Part shown: piece by piece, positions 12,136-24,960 of the stretch
How the letters are laid out: the number at the start of each line of letters is the position of its first letter
Position numbering within the stretch: the stretch's first letter is position 1
Assembly: GCA_013265495.1 (NCBI GenBank)
Contig: MU058844.1
Coordinates: 9,382,184-9,446,183 of the forward strand
Length of the DNA stretch: 64,000 nt
Reading direction: 5' to 3'
Source: Vicugna vicugna
Lineage: Eukaryota
The notes under the pieces: model-generated
Told to the model about the DNA's origin: nothing
What the model saw: only the letters and a program-made list of their open reading frames with translations
Database searches by the model: none
Position numbers and translations under genes: made by a program

Positions 12136-13984
12136 AAGTCCATTAACCAGAATATCTCAGACTTGAGACCATGCAGACTGTTGAGAATATATCTGTGAAT
12201 CCCTAAGCATCTATAGCCTAGATTGAGAAATACTACAATTAAATATTAAACATAGTCTTATTTTGTTGTATCTTGATCTAATAAAAGCATAAACACAAAT
12301 TTACGTAGAAAGTACAAAGCAGTTGCATGATGATAAAACGATCTATCAGATGATCTAAAACATGTGGTATATACATGCATGTCTGTGTATGTGTTCATCT
12401 ATTTATTCAGTTACTGAAGAGTCTGGACTTGGGTGGATACAAATAGAGAGTTTCAGTTTTCTCTAATCACTGCCTTTACAGTGCTCTTTGGAGCAATTTT
12501 TAAACCTCGGTATGCAAACCACTACACCAAGACTTTAGAAGGAATAATGGAGCAAAGATGTGTTCTTTCTGATGCAGCTAAGAGTGAAGCTGTGCAAGAG
12601 GCAGGTTCCTCCCTTCCGCCTCCCTCTCCCCATCTCTTCTATTCTGCTTCACAGAAGAAAGACACATACCTCAAAAATCTCTCCAGACATCAAACAAGGT
12701 AACTCCAAAATACTGTGGTAAGAAAACAAACCAGTGTCAATGGATAACCAAGAAAATATAAACTATCTTAGGATTTGTATCTTTTTCTATCTTATAGATA
12801 TTTCTGTTAAAAGTGAAAAACTGGCATTTAAAATGGATTGGTATTGATAATTGTTGTTTAAAGATCTCACCTTTTCCAACTTTTCACACTGTCAAAGAAT
12901 GCGTCACTTTTGAAGGAGTTCCTTAACAGCAAAGCAAATAACATACAAGTAAGAAATACTAAAAATTGAGAACATCTTTTTTCATGTATTGAAATATAAG
13001 CAGTTCTTTTGAGGTATTTTCAAGCCTCCTCTTTGGGACATTAGCTAAAAAGAAAAACTTTGAAGATTTGAAGCAGTATAGGTTAATGAAGTAGGTCTTT
13101 TTAACATAATTGGAATATTTTTTGAGACTGCCAAAACTTTTAAGATACACTGGATAAAACTCATGTATAAAATTTTTATGCTTTCTTTCAGATTTGGAAT
13201 GTATTATTCAACAATGTAGTTAAAATCTATTTTATCAAGTCATATCATGAAATACTTAATTATTTAATCCTCCTCTTCTTTCATCTTATAAAATGACTGT
13301 ATTTTCTAGCTTTTATTAACAAAAAGTAAAAATACATGCTAGTCAGACTTGTTAGTTTTGGCAGTAGAAGAGTTTCTCTTCTCTATTTTAAGTACAAGAA
13401 AAGTTTGATCATAACAGCAAGTAAAATTGAGTTCTTTTATGATTTCATACATTACTTAATTTAATTATTCCCAACCAAGCATCAGAGTTTGATATATGTA
13501 TGTACACACATTTAACAAGGGTAAGTAAATGATTTATGGTCTGAGCTATGTACTGCATTGCATTATTAAAAATAAGTAATGAGAAATAGCACATTGATCT
13601 ATAATTTTGTTTTATAAATTATAAAATTGCATTAAATAATCTTCAGAGGACACTATCTTACATGTTCTATACCATATTTCTCAGTGGTTTGGTAATGCTT
13701 TTCAAAATGAGTATTAGCATGCTTATTTGAGTAGAAAAATGAAGTTAGACTTTCCTTGTCAGAAAATATTTTTGATAATAGCTTTTGGCTTAATAATGAG
13801 AACTGGCTTTACCAATTAAGTTGCATGGTAACTAAATTTAGCTAAATCTGCAGCTCAGAGTTTCTATAGACTGTTTAAAGTGCATGGCAAGATAAAAACA
13901 TACTATAAAAATATTATATTGGTAAATATATTGGTATTGAAATTGGAATGTCTTTATCTTTCAGACCTTTCTGAGTACATTGAA

Positions 13985-14190
13985 GAGCAGTTTTTAATTT
14001 AGTAGATAAGAGAACAGACCGAGCAGGATGACCTGAATTCACATCCCGACTTCACCTTTAGGCAAGAGATATTAGGCAAGTGACTTAACCTCTCTGCGCT
14101 TCAGTTTTCATCTTTAAAGTGGACTATCAACAGGACCTATCCATAAGGTTGTGATGAGGATTAAATGGTTAACAGATAAGTTAAAGTGTA
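13985..14190 (+). mobile_element. MIR SINE
   Basis: 'ttaggcaagtgacttaacctctctgcgcttcagttttcatct..aaggttgtgatgaggattaaatg'. Confidence 0.9.
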
Positions 14191-17100
14191 TGAAATTTCT
14201 GTGTTCAACCACTTTTGAGCTATAAAGAAATCAACTTCATATAGTTCATAATACAGTTAGGAATATAATTAGTATTCCTAATAAACTTCCAAGAAATAAA
14301 GAGAGTAAATGATTTTGACCACTAGGTACCAAATCCCTTTGCAGATCAGTGGTTTTCAAATTCTTTGCTTTTGACAAAATTGAGGGAGGACTTAATTAAG
14401 CAATGAGTAAATAGGTTATTAAAAATAATTTTTGGTGATAGATTACTATGTAATTTTTTACTTATAAAAAGAATACAAATAATTGAGTGATATTTATACT
14501 AAAAACTACTGTCATTTCTGTCAGAATATTTATGAAGTCATATGTTTTGATCCGTACAACCGTAAAAATTAAAAATAGAAATAGAACTGATCCTGAATTT
14601 GTTCGCATTCTAATGCTAAGGAATATAAGATATATTCATCTCTGCATACATTAATTAACACTCTACAATAACTCAATCTCATTAAGAGGTTAATTTCTAA
14701 TAAATTATTATATATTTATAATAAAATTTTACTTTTAGCTATTGTGTTTTGATAAATTAAAGAACATATTGAAATAACTCAGCCCAGAAAAAATGCATAT
14801 TAAATCTACAATTATAGGAAATTTTTAATAAACCACATTGAATTCATATCCACAATCTGATTGTTTCTCTGAATAGACAGGCATAAATCAACAAGTATGC
14901 TGCATGAGAAAACATGCACCTGTGGAGTAAGATACCAACATTGGCTTCTAATTCTGGTGGTGGCACTTCTTGAGGCCCTCTCTTGGATTTGGTAAGCACT
15001 ATTTCTTTACTTTTAAGGCAAGGAAGTGAAAACCCATAGTTTCTTCCCTGGGGTAATGTGCAACTTGAGTAAATTTCGGCTCTCCCTATTTCCTGGGATT
15101 CTGCTTAAACAGACTTGGAGTTGGGATAGCGACTAGGGCAGTGATACGGGATGGGAGAGCTATCTGTTTGTCTTATAACCAGCCATCAGGGAGCTCAAGG
15201 CCTCTTCATTATTGTCAGTCTTTTTTAAAATACAGAGAATTGATGTTCCTTTTTTCTCAGTCTTGGGTTTTTAGTTGTTGAACTGAAGGCTTAATAAGAA
15301 AACTACTACTCAGCACACATACACAGAATGAAGCACAAATTTTAAAAACTGCATGGTGAAATGACTGTAAAATCCACAGAATACATCCTCAGGTCCAGGG
15401 GGCCGCAGACCCCAACTTCAGGCTCTGTAAGCAGCATGCTGTCTAGCTTCTGGCCAGGTGCCATCTAAATCCAAGATAGCCTGTGAACTAGAGACTACAT
15501 CAGTCCTCATAGAGTAAGTCTGTATTACTATTCATAAAATAGGTTTTTCTGAGATACATTTAAAAATTAAAATAGTTATGCCTATTTCTAAATTATCTGC
15601 CATTTTGTTTAGAAATTCCAGGAAAAATCATGATAAAAATTAAGAAGATAACAATCAGCATTTTAGGTTAACATTCAGAACAGCTTCTAGTACTTTAGTG
15701 TCAATCAATTCTTTAACACTTTATAAAGAATAAATGTGCCAAAGCTAGAAGAAAAGAAAAAAAACATATAAATAGAAATCTAATTATCCCAATTAAATTA
15801 TATTGTATAAGGATTTCAACAAACTGGATGAAAAAAACTATTGATTTAGTATCCAAATATGTTTTAAGAATAATTACCTAACAACATTGCTTTTTTTGTT
15901 TGTTTTTGGCCACCACTCTCTAATTAATCACTAACCTAATCAAGTTAACATCATTAGGGTCTAAGAATAGACTCCAGGTATATGAAAACAAATGATTTTT
16001 AGAGATACATAGAAGTCCTTTATAATGTAGATATAGCGAGGTATCAATATACTCAGCCCAGGAAATATTGGTAAGAATAAAATCACAGAAAACTGTTTGG
16101 GAATATATAAATAAACCTAGGGAGTTCACAAAGGAATGCTCACTAGTCTTGCAATTTTCAGCTTATACCACATGATTCTCTCAGGATAATGTTATTTAAA
16201 ATTGATTCTGGCCTCACGTGTGGGAAGACAGCAGATTCTAAAGTTAATATTTGACTTTTCCTCTCTACCTAAACCAATAGCTAAATATAAAAACCATTCA
16301 AGGCAAGGCATATGTTTGTTAACATAATAGTATTGTCCAAGAGCACAGTATGTTATTTCCATATGTCATTTTCTCATTGATAATAACATCTGATTTATTC
16401 AGTGGTTCATCTTTTGTTAACTTCAGTATCTGTAACAAATCTGAGAACCTGGTAGTAGATTGAGAAAGTTCTGACCCACTGAAATACCTAGGAGTCTAAG
16501 ATTCATGCAGCTTGTCTACTGAGTAGACCCTTGATTCGATATTATACATAATGAATGCACCTTTTTAACACTTGGGTATCTTCTCTGCCCACATCATATT
16601 AGAAGAGCACTGAAAGCTTCATTTGAAAATTTGTTTATCCGTTACACAATTTTTTTTTAAATTCCCATGTATTCAGCACTTCACTGACAAAATAAATTGT
16701 TATATAATAACCAAATAACAGTAAGGGAGGAGACAGAGAAGCAACGATACTAAAGCCAAGCATAAAACTGATGGTCATGAAAATGACTCTAAATTGTTGA
16801 AAGAAGAGCTAAATTATGCTTGATATTTTGTTTTTCATAAACATGCTTCTTAGCATGCAGGTGTGTTTATTGTAGTAAGTTTTATTTTATCTTCATTTTA
16901 GTAGGATTGTAACTTGAAATACATATTAAAGGTTATCCCTGATACTTAAACAATTTGCTATCTGAAATTCATTTGTGGAAGCAATGTAATTCAAACAGTA
17001 GCGAGTGTGTGGCAGTAATAACTGTTAGGGCCTCATTGTTTCTTTAGAAATTTTTAGAATTTATTCTCATAAAAATAGTCATCTCTAATGGCCAGTCCAG

Positions 17101-19623
17101 CAATTTAATAGGCTTGAGATTAATTATGATTACATTCTGTCTCAGAAAATGGACATTGTGAAATAAGGTACAGCAAGGTTCCCTGGAGAAACCACAGCGG
17201 TGATTTTCAATTGGGTATTTCTGTTAGATACAGGAATAGCACTGAAAAGCTTTGAAAATTTAATAGTCTCTGTCCTCCTGAGAGGACTAAATCAGTAGAT
17301 TGAAATGAAATGTTATACTGGATTTCAAAATGGAATATTGGGAATTATGTACACAAATTAATGTTAGTGGTCATTCAGAAAAACAATCAAGCATTGCACA
17401 TGTTAAGCCAGCCATGTAGAATGGCATGGGTTCATAAGTTCAAGGGCTTCATAAAATACTGCTGTGGACAAGTAAACCTTTAAATAAAAAATTGAAAATA
17501 TATCCCTCAGGTCTACAGCGTCATGTATTTTTCAGTCTGAGTTACATATGCATTATCACATTTTGTAATCATATAAAATGTACAGATTCCCAAAATAAAC
17601 ACAGTCACCTCCAATCGCGTTATTAACAGCCCAGTGAAATTCATTTGTCTAAAAACCAAAATTGGCAGTCTCCTATCTGATCTTCTGTAGCTGTTCTTTC
17701 TTCCCTGTACAAAATATCTATTGTTTTAAGCTAACACTGTACATCAGTGCTAGTCATTACCAAAAACAGATAGGCATGACCATCCATGTATTTTGAAATG
17801 TAAAGCCGACAGTTGTTTCTGAGCAAATGTTTTATATTTTACTTGCCACCTACTAATTTCTAGGTTTTTCCCAGAAATGGCAATTTTGAATTAATAATCC
17901 TACATTGTTACTATGTTTCTATAAAGCATTCTGTTAACTGTTCTTAGCACTCCATTATAGGTAATTAGAGTTATAAGTGCAAACGAAATAAAAATAAAAA
18001 CTCTACCCGAGGTTTGATTCATCCATTTGTAAAACAATTGAATAAAATGAAAACCTGCCATCTGTTCTGTTTATTCAAAATCCATGTGTTTGTAACATGA
18101 CCCTTTGTAGCCTTTTGATAGCTGTATTTTCCAGAAGAAATATATTAAGTTAATTTTTTATTATACTTCTCAAAATATTTTAGATTCTCAGCAATTTTAT
18201 GAATTTATGATTCTTGATCTATGCTAGTTTTTCTTTCTAGTCCTCATTTTATAGGGGTGCTATTTAATAAAAATAGCTTTTAGCTTATTTTCTTGAATGC
18301 TGAAAAATTAGAGAAGAATCTGTTTTTTTCTGGGCACTATCACAGAAATCTCAAAAGAATGAGTTTTTAAATCTATGACATTTGGGGAAAATAGAGCTTT
18401 CTTGGTAGTAATATTGTATAAAATCACCAGATGGTATCTCCTAGTCCCTGTATAAGATTTTTGTTCTCTTAGTAGACAAAACATTTAAAAGAACACACAA
18501 AAAAATTATGCTCTACCAAAAAGGAAGCATTTCCAAGTACTAACTGCTTATGTTTGTATTACACTTTTCTCATTGATTAGTCTCTGGCTTCTATTTTTAC
18601 TGGTATTAAAAAAACAAATATTTATTGCCTATGTAAACTGTACAAGGTTTATAGACAATGAAAGGTCTAGAAGCAGCCACTAAAATTGTCTTTTTTGAAT
18701 CTCTCACCAAGAACATAAAGTCCAGGGTGAATGTCAAGTGTCTTACTAAAATCTCATAATATGATAATGGTACTTCTGATTCAAAGCTGAGCTTTGCTAC
18801 CAGAGGCAGAGCCCAAAAGGCAAAATTAAATGTGCAATGTCTAAACTGAGCTCACTGATCATTCTTCTTTTCCTCTGAGAACCTCAAGCTGTGGTTTACA
18901 AACAGTTTTCTTGTGGGATATGCTGTGAAATAGCAAAAGGAATTTAACTTACCAGTTACCTTGGGGCTTTGTTTACTTTCCTAAATGGAGAAACAGCAGG
19001 ATAAAAAGAAAGAATTCTGGAAAAGTCTACCATCTAGAACTCTTTCCCAAGCCCTCTTCTGAAGAAAAATATTATTTTGGCCAAAGACATTATAGAAACA
19101 ACTGATTAAACAAAGATAAATGTTTTTGTTTATCTTCTTGTTTGAGATGGCTCGGGATTTCCCCTAATGAGGTCGGTGAATCGCTGAAAAGGAAATATAG
19201 ATAGAAGTAGTATAAACATTTAGTTCACCCCAGCATACATATTTTGTTGAGTTCTTATCAAGATTTCTATTCAAAGAAATTATCCTTTGGGAAAAGATGA
19301 CCAGGTGAAAGGAGATGTGAACCATCCGTTTTAAGGGGTCAATTATAAAAATTTCATTAATATCATTAATGACATAATTCTTTTGTTTGAAGTGTGATAT
19401 TAATGAATGAGCAGATTTGGAATATTTTTCCATTCCAATTTCTATTGGAATAAAGGTTTCCCTTGCTATCTGAAAGTAGAGTGTTCCTGTGAAAAGTTTG
19501 GTAAGCCGAAATGGAGTAAAGTGAAGAAGCAATTACCTTAGGACACATCTTGCTAATGACATAGAGAATAAGCTGAGATAAAGCGCAGGTGCTCACAGGC
19601 ACAATTCAAAGTTATGGCCACCT

Positions 19624-19655
19624 GATGCTGAGATGCTGGGATGCTGGGATGCTGA
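19624..19655. repeat. Four tandem copies of the 8-mer GATGCTG(G/A)
   Basis: gatgctga-gatgctgg-gatgctgg-gatgctga, seen directly. Confidence 0.9.
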
Positions 19656-20189
19656 ATGTATTTCCTGGGGAAAGAGCTTGGAGGTGCCACTCTCACTGCA
19701 GGAGGTAGTATTCCCTGCAAAACAAAAGTTGAACACTATTGTTGCTTTCTACCTTTTTTCCTAAAAGGAAAAATTCTCTTAAGATTTCCTCCAGTTAGTG
19801 AAAATAGCTACTAATGTATGTCTTTCATAAAAGGGAAGTGCCATAAGGTGAACTTTCAAAAAGCGGGGGACACTGTATATTCCATCTTAGATGTGATGCA
19901 TGCCATCAGGTACGTCTTGAAGAGAAACTCCTATACATTTGAAAATATCTGAGTCAGTGGCTGAGTTTTTCACATTTTATGTGAGATGTGTTGATGCAAA
20001 TGGTGACATGGCACAACTGTTCAAATAGATTTTTAAAAATTTCTTTCTGAATCATACAGAACGTTGAAGTATGAAGACATCAATGGGGCTGTCTCAACAA
20101 ATTTATATCCCTCATTTTAAGGAAATTTAATCTCAGGGAGGTAAAATAATATGTTCAATTTTGAGTTATTTTTTTAAAAAGCAAAACAT

Positions 20190-20540
20190 TTCAAGAAAAC
20201 CACAGTAAACAAGCAGAATACCTAGGGCATAAATGAGAAGTTTCTCTCTCTCTCATATCCAGGGAGTTCAAAGGTTTCCAGGGCCAGACTTCCTATCTTG
20301 TTACTATGCTATAAAGGACTTCCATTCCCAAAGCCACCTCAAGTTCCCTGATAGTTGCTGGAGTCAGAATTTAGATGCTCATTTTAGCCAGCAAGAAGAA
20401 GAGAGAAATAAAAAGGACCCTCTTTAAAAGCATCATCTGGAAGCTACACACCCTATTTTCCCACAGCCCTTAGCTAGAATTTAGACATATGATGAGACCT
20501 AAAGGCAAGGAAGCTCTGTGTCCCCCTAAAATATGAGGGT
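20190..20540 (-). mobile_element. MLT1 (MaLR) LTR fragment
   Basis: 'agtttctctctctctcata..ttcctatcttgttact..ttagctagaatttagacatatgatgagacctaaaggcaaggaag' resembles antisense MLT1J/K. Confidence 0.6.
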
Positions 20541-21174
20541 AAAAAATGATAATAGTAATTAAAAAATAATAAATCTCTGAACTCAGCTACCTAGTTAAGG
20601 CAGACCTTGAGAGTTAGTTCAACTCCATTCTTTCTCACACTTTCACGTACTATGTGAATCTCCTCAAGGTTCTTTATTATTCCATTCTTCAGGCCCTACT
20701 TCAAGTCTCCCCTACCTCACAAAGCTTTTCCTAACAACTGCATCTCAAAATGATGCTTTAGCTCTCTGAATTTTGATGTATTCCCTCTATACCACAAAGT
20801 CTGAACTGTACTGTATTATAGGCACTTCTGTTTTTACACAGCCTTTCTTCAGCTGCATTGCTAGTTTCAAGACGCCAGGGAGCATAACTTTATTACAGGG
20901 TTGTGGCTGCCCTAGTTCTTGATTTGGTGGATCAAATGGCCTTTGAGTCCTCATTTTAATTTGTTGGCTGTATCCTTGTTGACCACTGTTGTTTACAAAA
21001 ATTCATCCCACCCCTTGGCTTCTGTGGCGCAACTCACCAATTCTTCCTATGAGTGCCAACTAATGTGTTAGTTTTAGAACACTATGTTCCCACAGTCCAC
21101 AAGAAAAGAGATCTCGAACCCTGATCTCCCTCAGTGATCACGGGTAGGATATTTTAGTACTGTCTAAGTTTGCA

Positions 21175-21365
21175 GCATATTGTCCTACAGACTGGATCTA
21201 GTTTATAGACATATTTTATTTGGCTCATATAAGATCATTAAAAGAATGAATTAGCTGCCAACATTTAAAAATCAGACAATGTCACATTTAAAAAAATGAA
21301 AAAATTCAAAGCTCTGGCATCACTGGGCCAACATTCCCACATGCTGAGAAGCTGTCATCCCTTGT
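21175..21365. mobile_element. hAT-Charlie DNA transposon fragment (MER102-like)
   Basis: 'gaattagctgccaacatttaaaaatcag..ctctggcatcactgggccaacattcccacatg', matched from recall. Confidence 0.55.
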
Positions 21366-21849
21366 AGAAGAGACAACGCTATGTATCCACAAAATCTCAT
21401 TTATTTTTTTCCCTGTGCACAAAACTGAATTACATGGCTATTTGATTGATTTCAATCAATCAAATATAGTTAGAAAGAGTAGCTGCTGAAAAAATTTCCC
21501 GTATGATGCTCAGTGCTCACTTTCTCACTCTATATGTCAGACTGGTGTATTTTTACTTTGATAGTTCCTAATATCAAAACTAGAAACAAGATCTTTTATG
21601 TTTCTTTGTAGGAACCCTCTCAAAATAGGTCCAATGACTATTCAATGTATATGCATCTTTAAATTTCATGTGATTTTTAATAGAATTCCAGTTAATGCTA
21701 ATGTCATTAAAAATATTTAAATAACTTTCCTAAAATAATTACTTTACTTGAAAACTTCAAGTATTTCTTTATTTCTGCCCTTCTCTGAACTTTTTCAATC
21801 TATGTGACCTAATTTGAAATAAAAATGTGGAAGAACAAAGTCATCTAGC

Positions 21850-22550
21850 TTCCTTTTCTCCAATCTTATTCACACCTTTCTCTTTCCAGAAATAACCATT
21901 AGCCTAAATTTGGAACGGATCATTCCCGGGTGTATTTAAAATTATTATTACATAAGCAAATATCAATAAGTTATATATTATTGACTTGCCTATGGTAAAA
22001 AACATATACATGCACCACACAGAAAGCAATTTTCTTTTTCTTATTCAACTTTATGTTTTGTTTTCAAAAAAGGAAATGCAAGTCTGTCAAACATTTTACT
22101 TATTTTTCCCTTTAAACATTTAAGCAGTTAATTAATTTGTGAAACAGCTAATTTATTGTTATGGCTCCAAAATCAATAAGCATAAAACACTGTAGAGTTA
22201 AAAGTATCCCTCCCACCTCTGTACTTAAAGCTACTCAGTTGCCTCCACCTCCATCTTCCAAAATAGGTACCCATGGTTACTAGTTTTGTCTGTATCTTTC
22301 TAGAGATAGATGTTACCATGCTATGCATTATTTTGTACTTCTTTTTTACTTAATAAAAACATTAGCTTTTCATATCAGTGCATTAAATAGCACTCTTATC
22401 CTTTCTTAGTGTAGTGTCATGTTTTATTTTATGAATGAACCCTTATTTAACTACTATTTTATTGATGTGGACTTAAATTATCTCTATTTTTTAGTAATTA
22501 CAAATAATGAACAACATATAACACACATACATAATTTTGTACATGTGAAT
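21850..22550 (-). mobile_element. Old L1 (L1MC/ME-like) 3' UTR fragments
   Basis: Contains 'gttactagttttgtctgtatctttctagagata' and 'ttatttaactactattttattgatgtggacttaaattatctc..attacaaataatg'. Confidence 0.6.
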
Positions 22551-22552
22551 AA

Positions 22553-22930
22553 TATTAGTTATCTATTACAGTAAAAAAAAATTAGCAGTTTAAATTGGTA
22601 AATATTATCTCACATCTTCTGTGGACCCAGAATGCAGGCAGTTTAGCTAGATTTGTCTGCCTCAGTAAGTCTGACAAGGCTAATTTCAGGGATTGGCCAG
22701 GTCTGTGTCTTGATCTAAAGGTTTAACTGGGGAAGGATTTGCTAAGCTCACTTACATAGGTGATGTCAAGATTCAGTTCCTCAGAGACTTTTAGACTGAG
22801 GCCCTCAGTTCCTCAGGCACTGTTGGCTGGAGACCTTCCTTACTTCCTTGCCAAATGGACGTCTCCATAGGGCAGCCAGCAGCATGACAGCTTGCTTCTT
22901 CCAGAGCAAGGGCTCTGTGAGAGAATGCAA
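22553..22930 (-). mobile_element. MLT1 (D/E/F-like) LTR fragment
   Basis: 'tattagttatctatt..tattatctcaca..ctggggaaggat..agattcagttcct..gactgaggccctcagttcct..ctccatagggcag..catgacagcttgcttc'. Confidence 0.85.
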
Positions 22931-23299
22931 TGTAAATAAAGAGTCACAAAGTATAAGAAATAAAATAATAGGTGCACATACATGTGTGTGTTTGTGTGTG
23001 TGAAGGGAGACCCTGCCAGGGGAGGCAGAAGTAGAAGAAAACAGTGGAGCCACAGATGGGCGTAAGAAAAGAACACACACAGCCAATAGATGGTCCCTGG
23101 AAAACACTGCGAGGCAATAGCATTCAGAACTGACACTGGGAGGAGTTTTGGCATGCTCCAGATGTAGGTAAATACAAAGGCTTGCAGTAAGGAAGCTTGA
23201 GAGTGGGGACATTCTAGCCTTAACAAGGCTTGAAATTGACATGCCAAAGCCAACTTTCAGGGCAGGCCCCAGGGAGTAACTGCTGGGAGTGGAATCAAA

Positions 23300-23750
23300 A
23301 TTTAGCATGACACAGGTAACAAAGGACAGAAAGGGAGTGTTGCTGGACACTCAGGTAATAGTAGGGGAGAGGGCAGAGCTAGGAATCTCAGAAAGCAAGT
23401 TACTACTGGAAAGGACAGAAGAGGGAGCTCTATGAAATTAGAGAACGAATCTGAATCCAAACTTCCTCTAAAAATTCAGGAAAACTAATATCACACAAAA
23501 GTGATTAAAAAAAATTGAATCCCATAAGTAAAGAGAAAATAAGGACCAGAAGAACATCCACACAATTAAAAGAGCCCAGAAAAGACATATGATTAATAGA
23601 TAGATGATAGACAAATAAATATTAAAACCGTAACTATTTCAAAATGAGCTAAAAGATATTAAGAAAAAGACATAGGAAATGAACTTTAAAAATACAACAT
23701 AAAAATCAGAATTAGACTCAGCAATGATATGACAAAACTCAAAAAATTCA
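23300..23750 (+). mobile_element. Old L1/HAL1-like 5' region (start of ORF1)
   Basis: A-rich 'caaaatgagctaaaagatattaagaaaa..caacataaaaatcagaattaga' resembles a degenerate ORF1 coiled-coil start. Confidence 0.4.
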
Positions 23751-23769
23751 GATTTTATTTTTTAAATAC

Positions 23770-24960
23770 TCTTATAAATATCTTGTACCTTTAACTTGGA
23801 ACGTATGTGCTAGAGTTTCACTGAGGCATAAGCCTAGACGTAGAATTGCCCCACCAAAGTGTGTATAGATCTTCAAATTTGCTAAGTATTGCCAAATTGC
23901 TATCTAAAGTGAATATGCTACTTTATATTCCTACCAATATCTTAGGAGAATCAACAGCTTTTTATATATCACCCACCTTTATAATGTCAGCCTATTTAAA
24001 TTTTTCCAAACTATTGGGTGTGAAATGGCATCAAAATATAATTTAAAGTTTGTCTCTGTGATTGTTAATGTAATTTTAATCAAATTTTCTCTGAATTACC
24101 TACTCACATCCTTTATCTATTTTCTTCTGGGTTGGCTTTGTTTTTCTTATTGATTCACAATAATTTTTCCACCTATTCTGATAAACAATACTCTGTTGTA
24201 CTGTATTGTATGCATTTTAAGTATTGTTTATATGCATTTTAAGTTATCTTTTTTTAAGTTTTAGATATATCTTTTTAGTTTACAGTATCTCTTTTCAAAA
24301 CACAACTTGTAATTTTAATATAGTCTGTATTTCAGTAAGTTTTCATACGTGGTTTGTGGCATAATGTTTTTATGCTTTCTTTTCTCTCCTACCCCAGTAA
24401 GAAAAATAAATGTTCTATACATTCTTTAATGTTTTATAAAGGTTTGCTTTTACATTAGAGTCTTTTACCCATGTGAATTAGATCTTAGATGTAATGTGAG
24501 GTATGGTTCTAATGATTTATTTTTGTAGATCAATAACCACATTGAAACCAATTTTCACTAACATGAACAATGCCACAGCTGGCATCCCTGTGCGCCTGAG
24601 CACTTGCTTCTCTATGGTAGCACCTAGAAGCAGAGATACTGGGATAAAGAGTATGCACATTTTCATACTCACTAGCTATTGCAAAAATATTCTCCTGTGG
24701 AAATTTTCAGATTGACCCTATCACCAGTAAAGTATGATTTCTACTTCCCTGTGAGTATCATCAAACATTAATTTGGACCAAGCTGATGAATGTTAATTGT
24801 TGTGAGCAGTCGTTTTGCAAAGCTTTTGTTCTTTCAGTTTGTTTACAATTACTTGTTCAAAGTGAACTATTTTCTGAGCTTACATGATTTGTGAATCCTA
24901 GCCTATTTCTTCCAGAGCAGTAAGCCAATATCCCCCCAAAAATATATTAAATAATGCTTC
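23770..24960 (-). mobile_element. Old L1 (L1ME-like) fragments
   Basis: Contains 'cctagacgtagaattgc..gtattgccaaattgc', 'tttgcttttacattagagtcttttacccatgtgaatta' and a second copy of 'acctagaagcagagatactggg..tattgcaaaaat'. Confidence 0.65.

Noticed and set aside
17609..17704. Minus-strand 96-nt exon-like frame (GRKNSYRRSDRRLPILVFRQMNFTGLLITRLE)
   Set aside because: Weak acceptor tract and a weak GTGACT donor; an open 32-codon frame is common by chance.
22805..23350. 181-aa and 137-aa minus-strand ORFs
   Set aside because: They overlap MLT1, a TG repeat and old L1-like sequence, with no protein similarity recognised.
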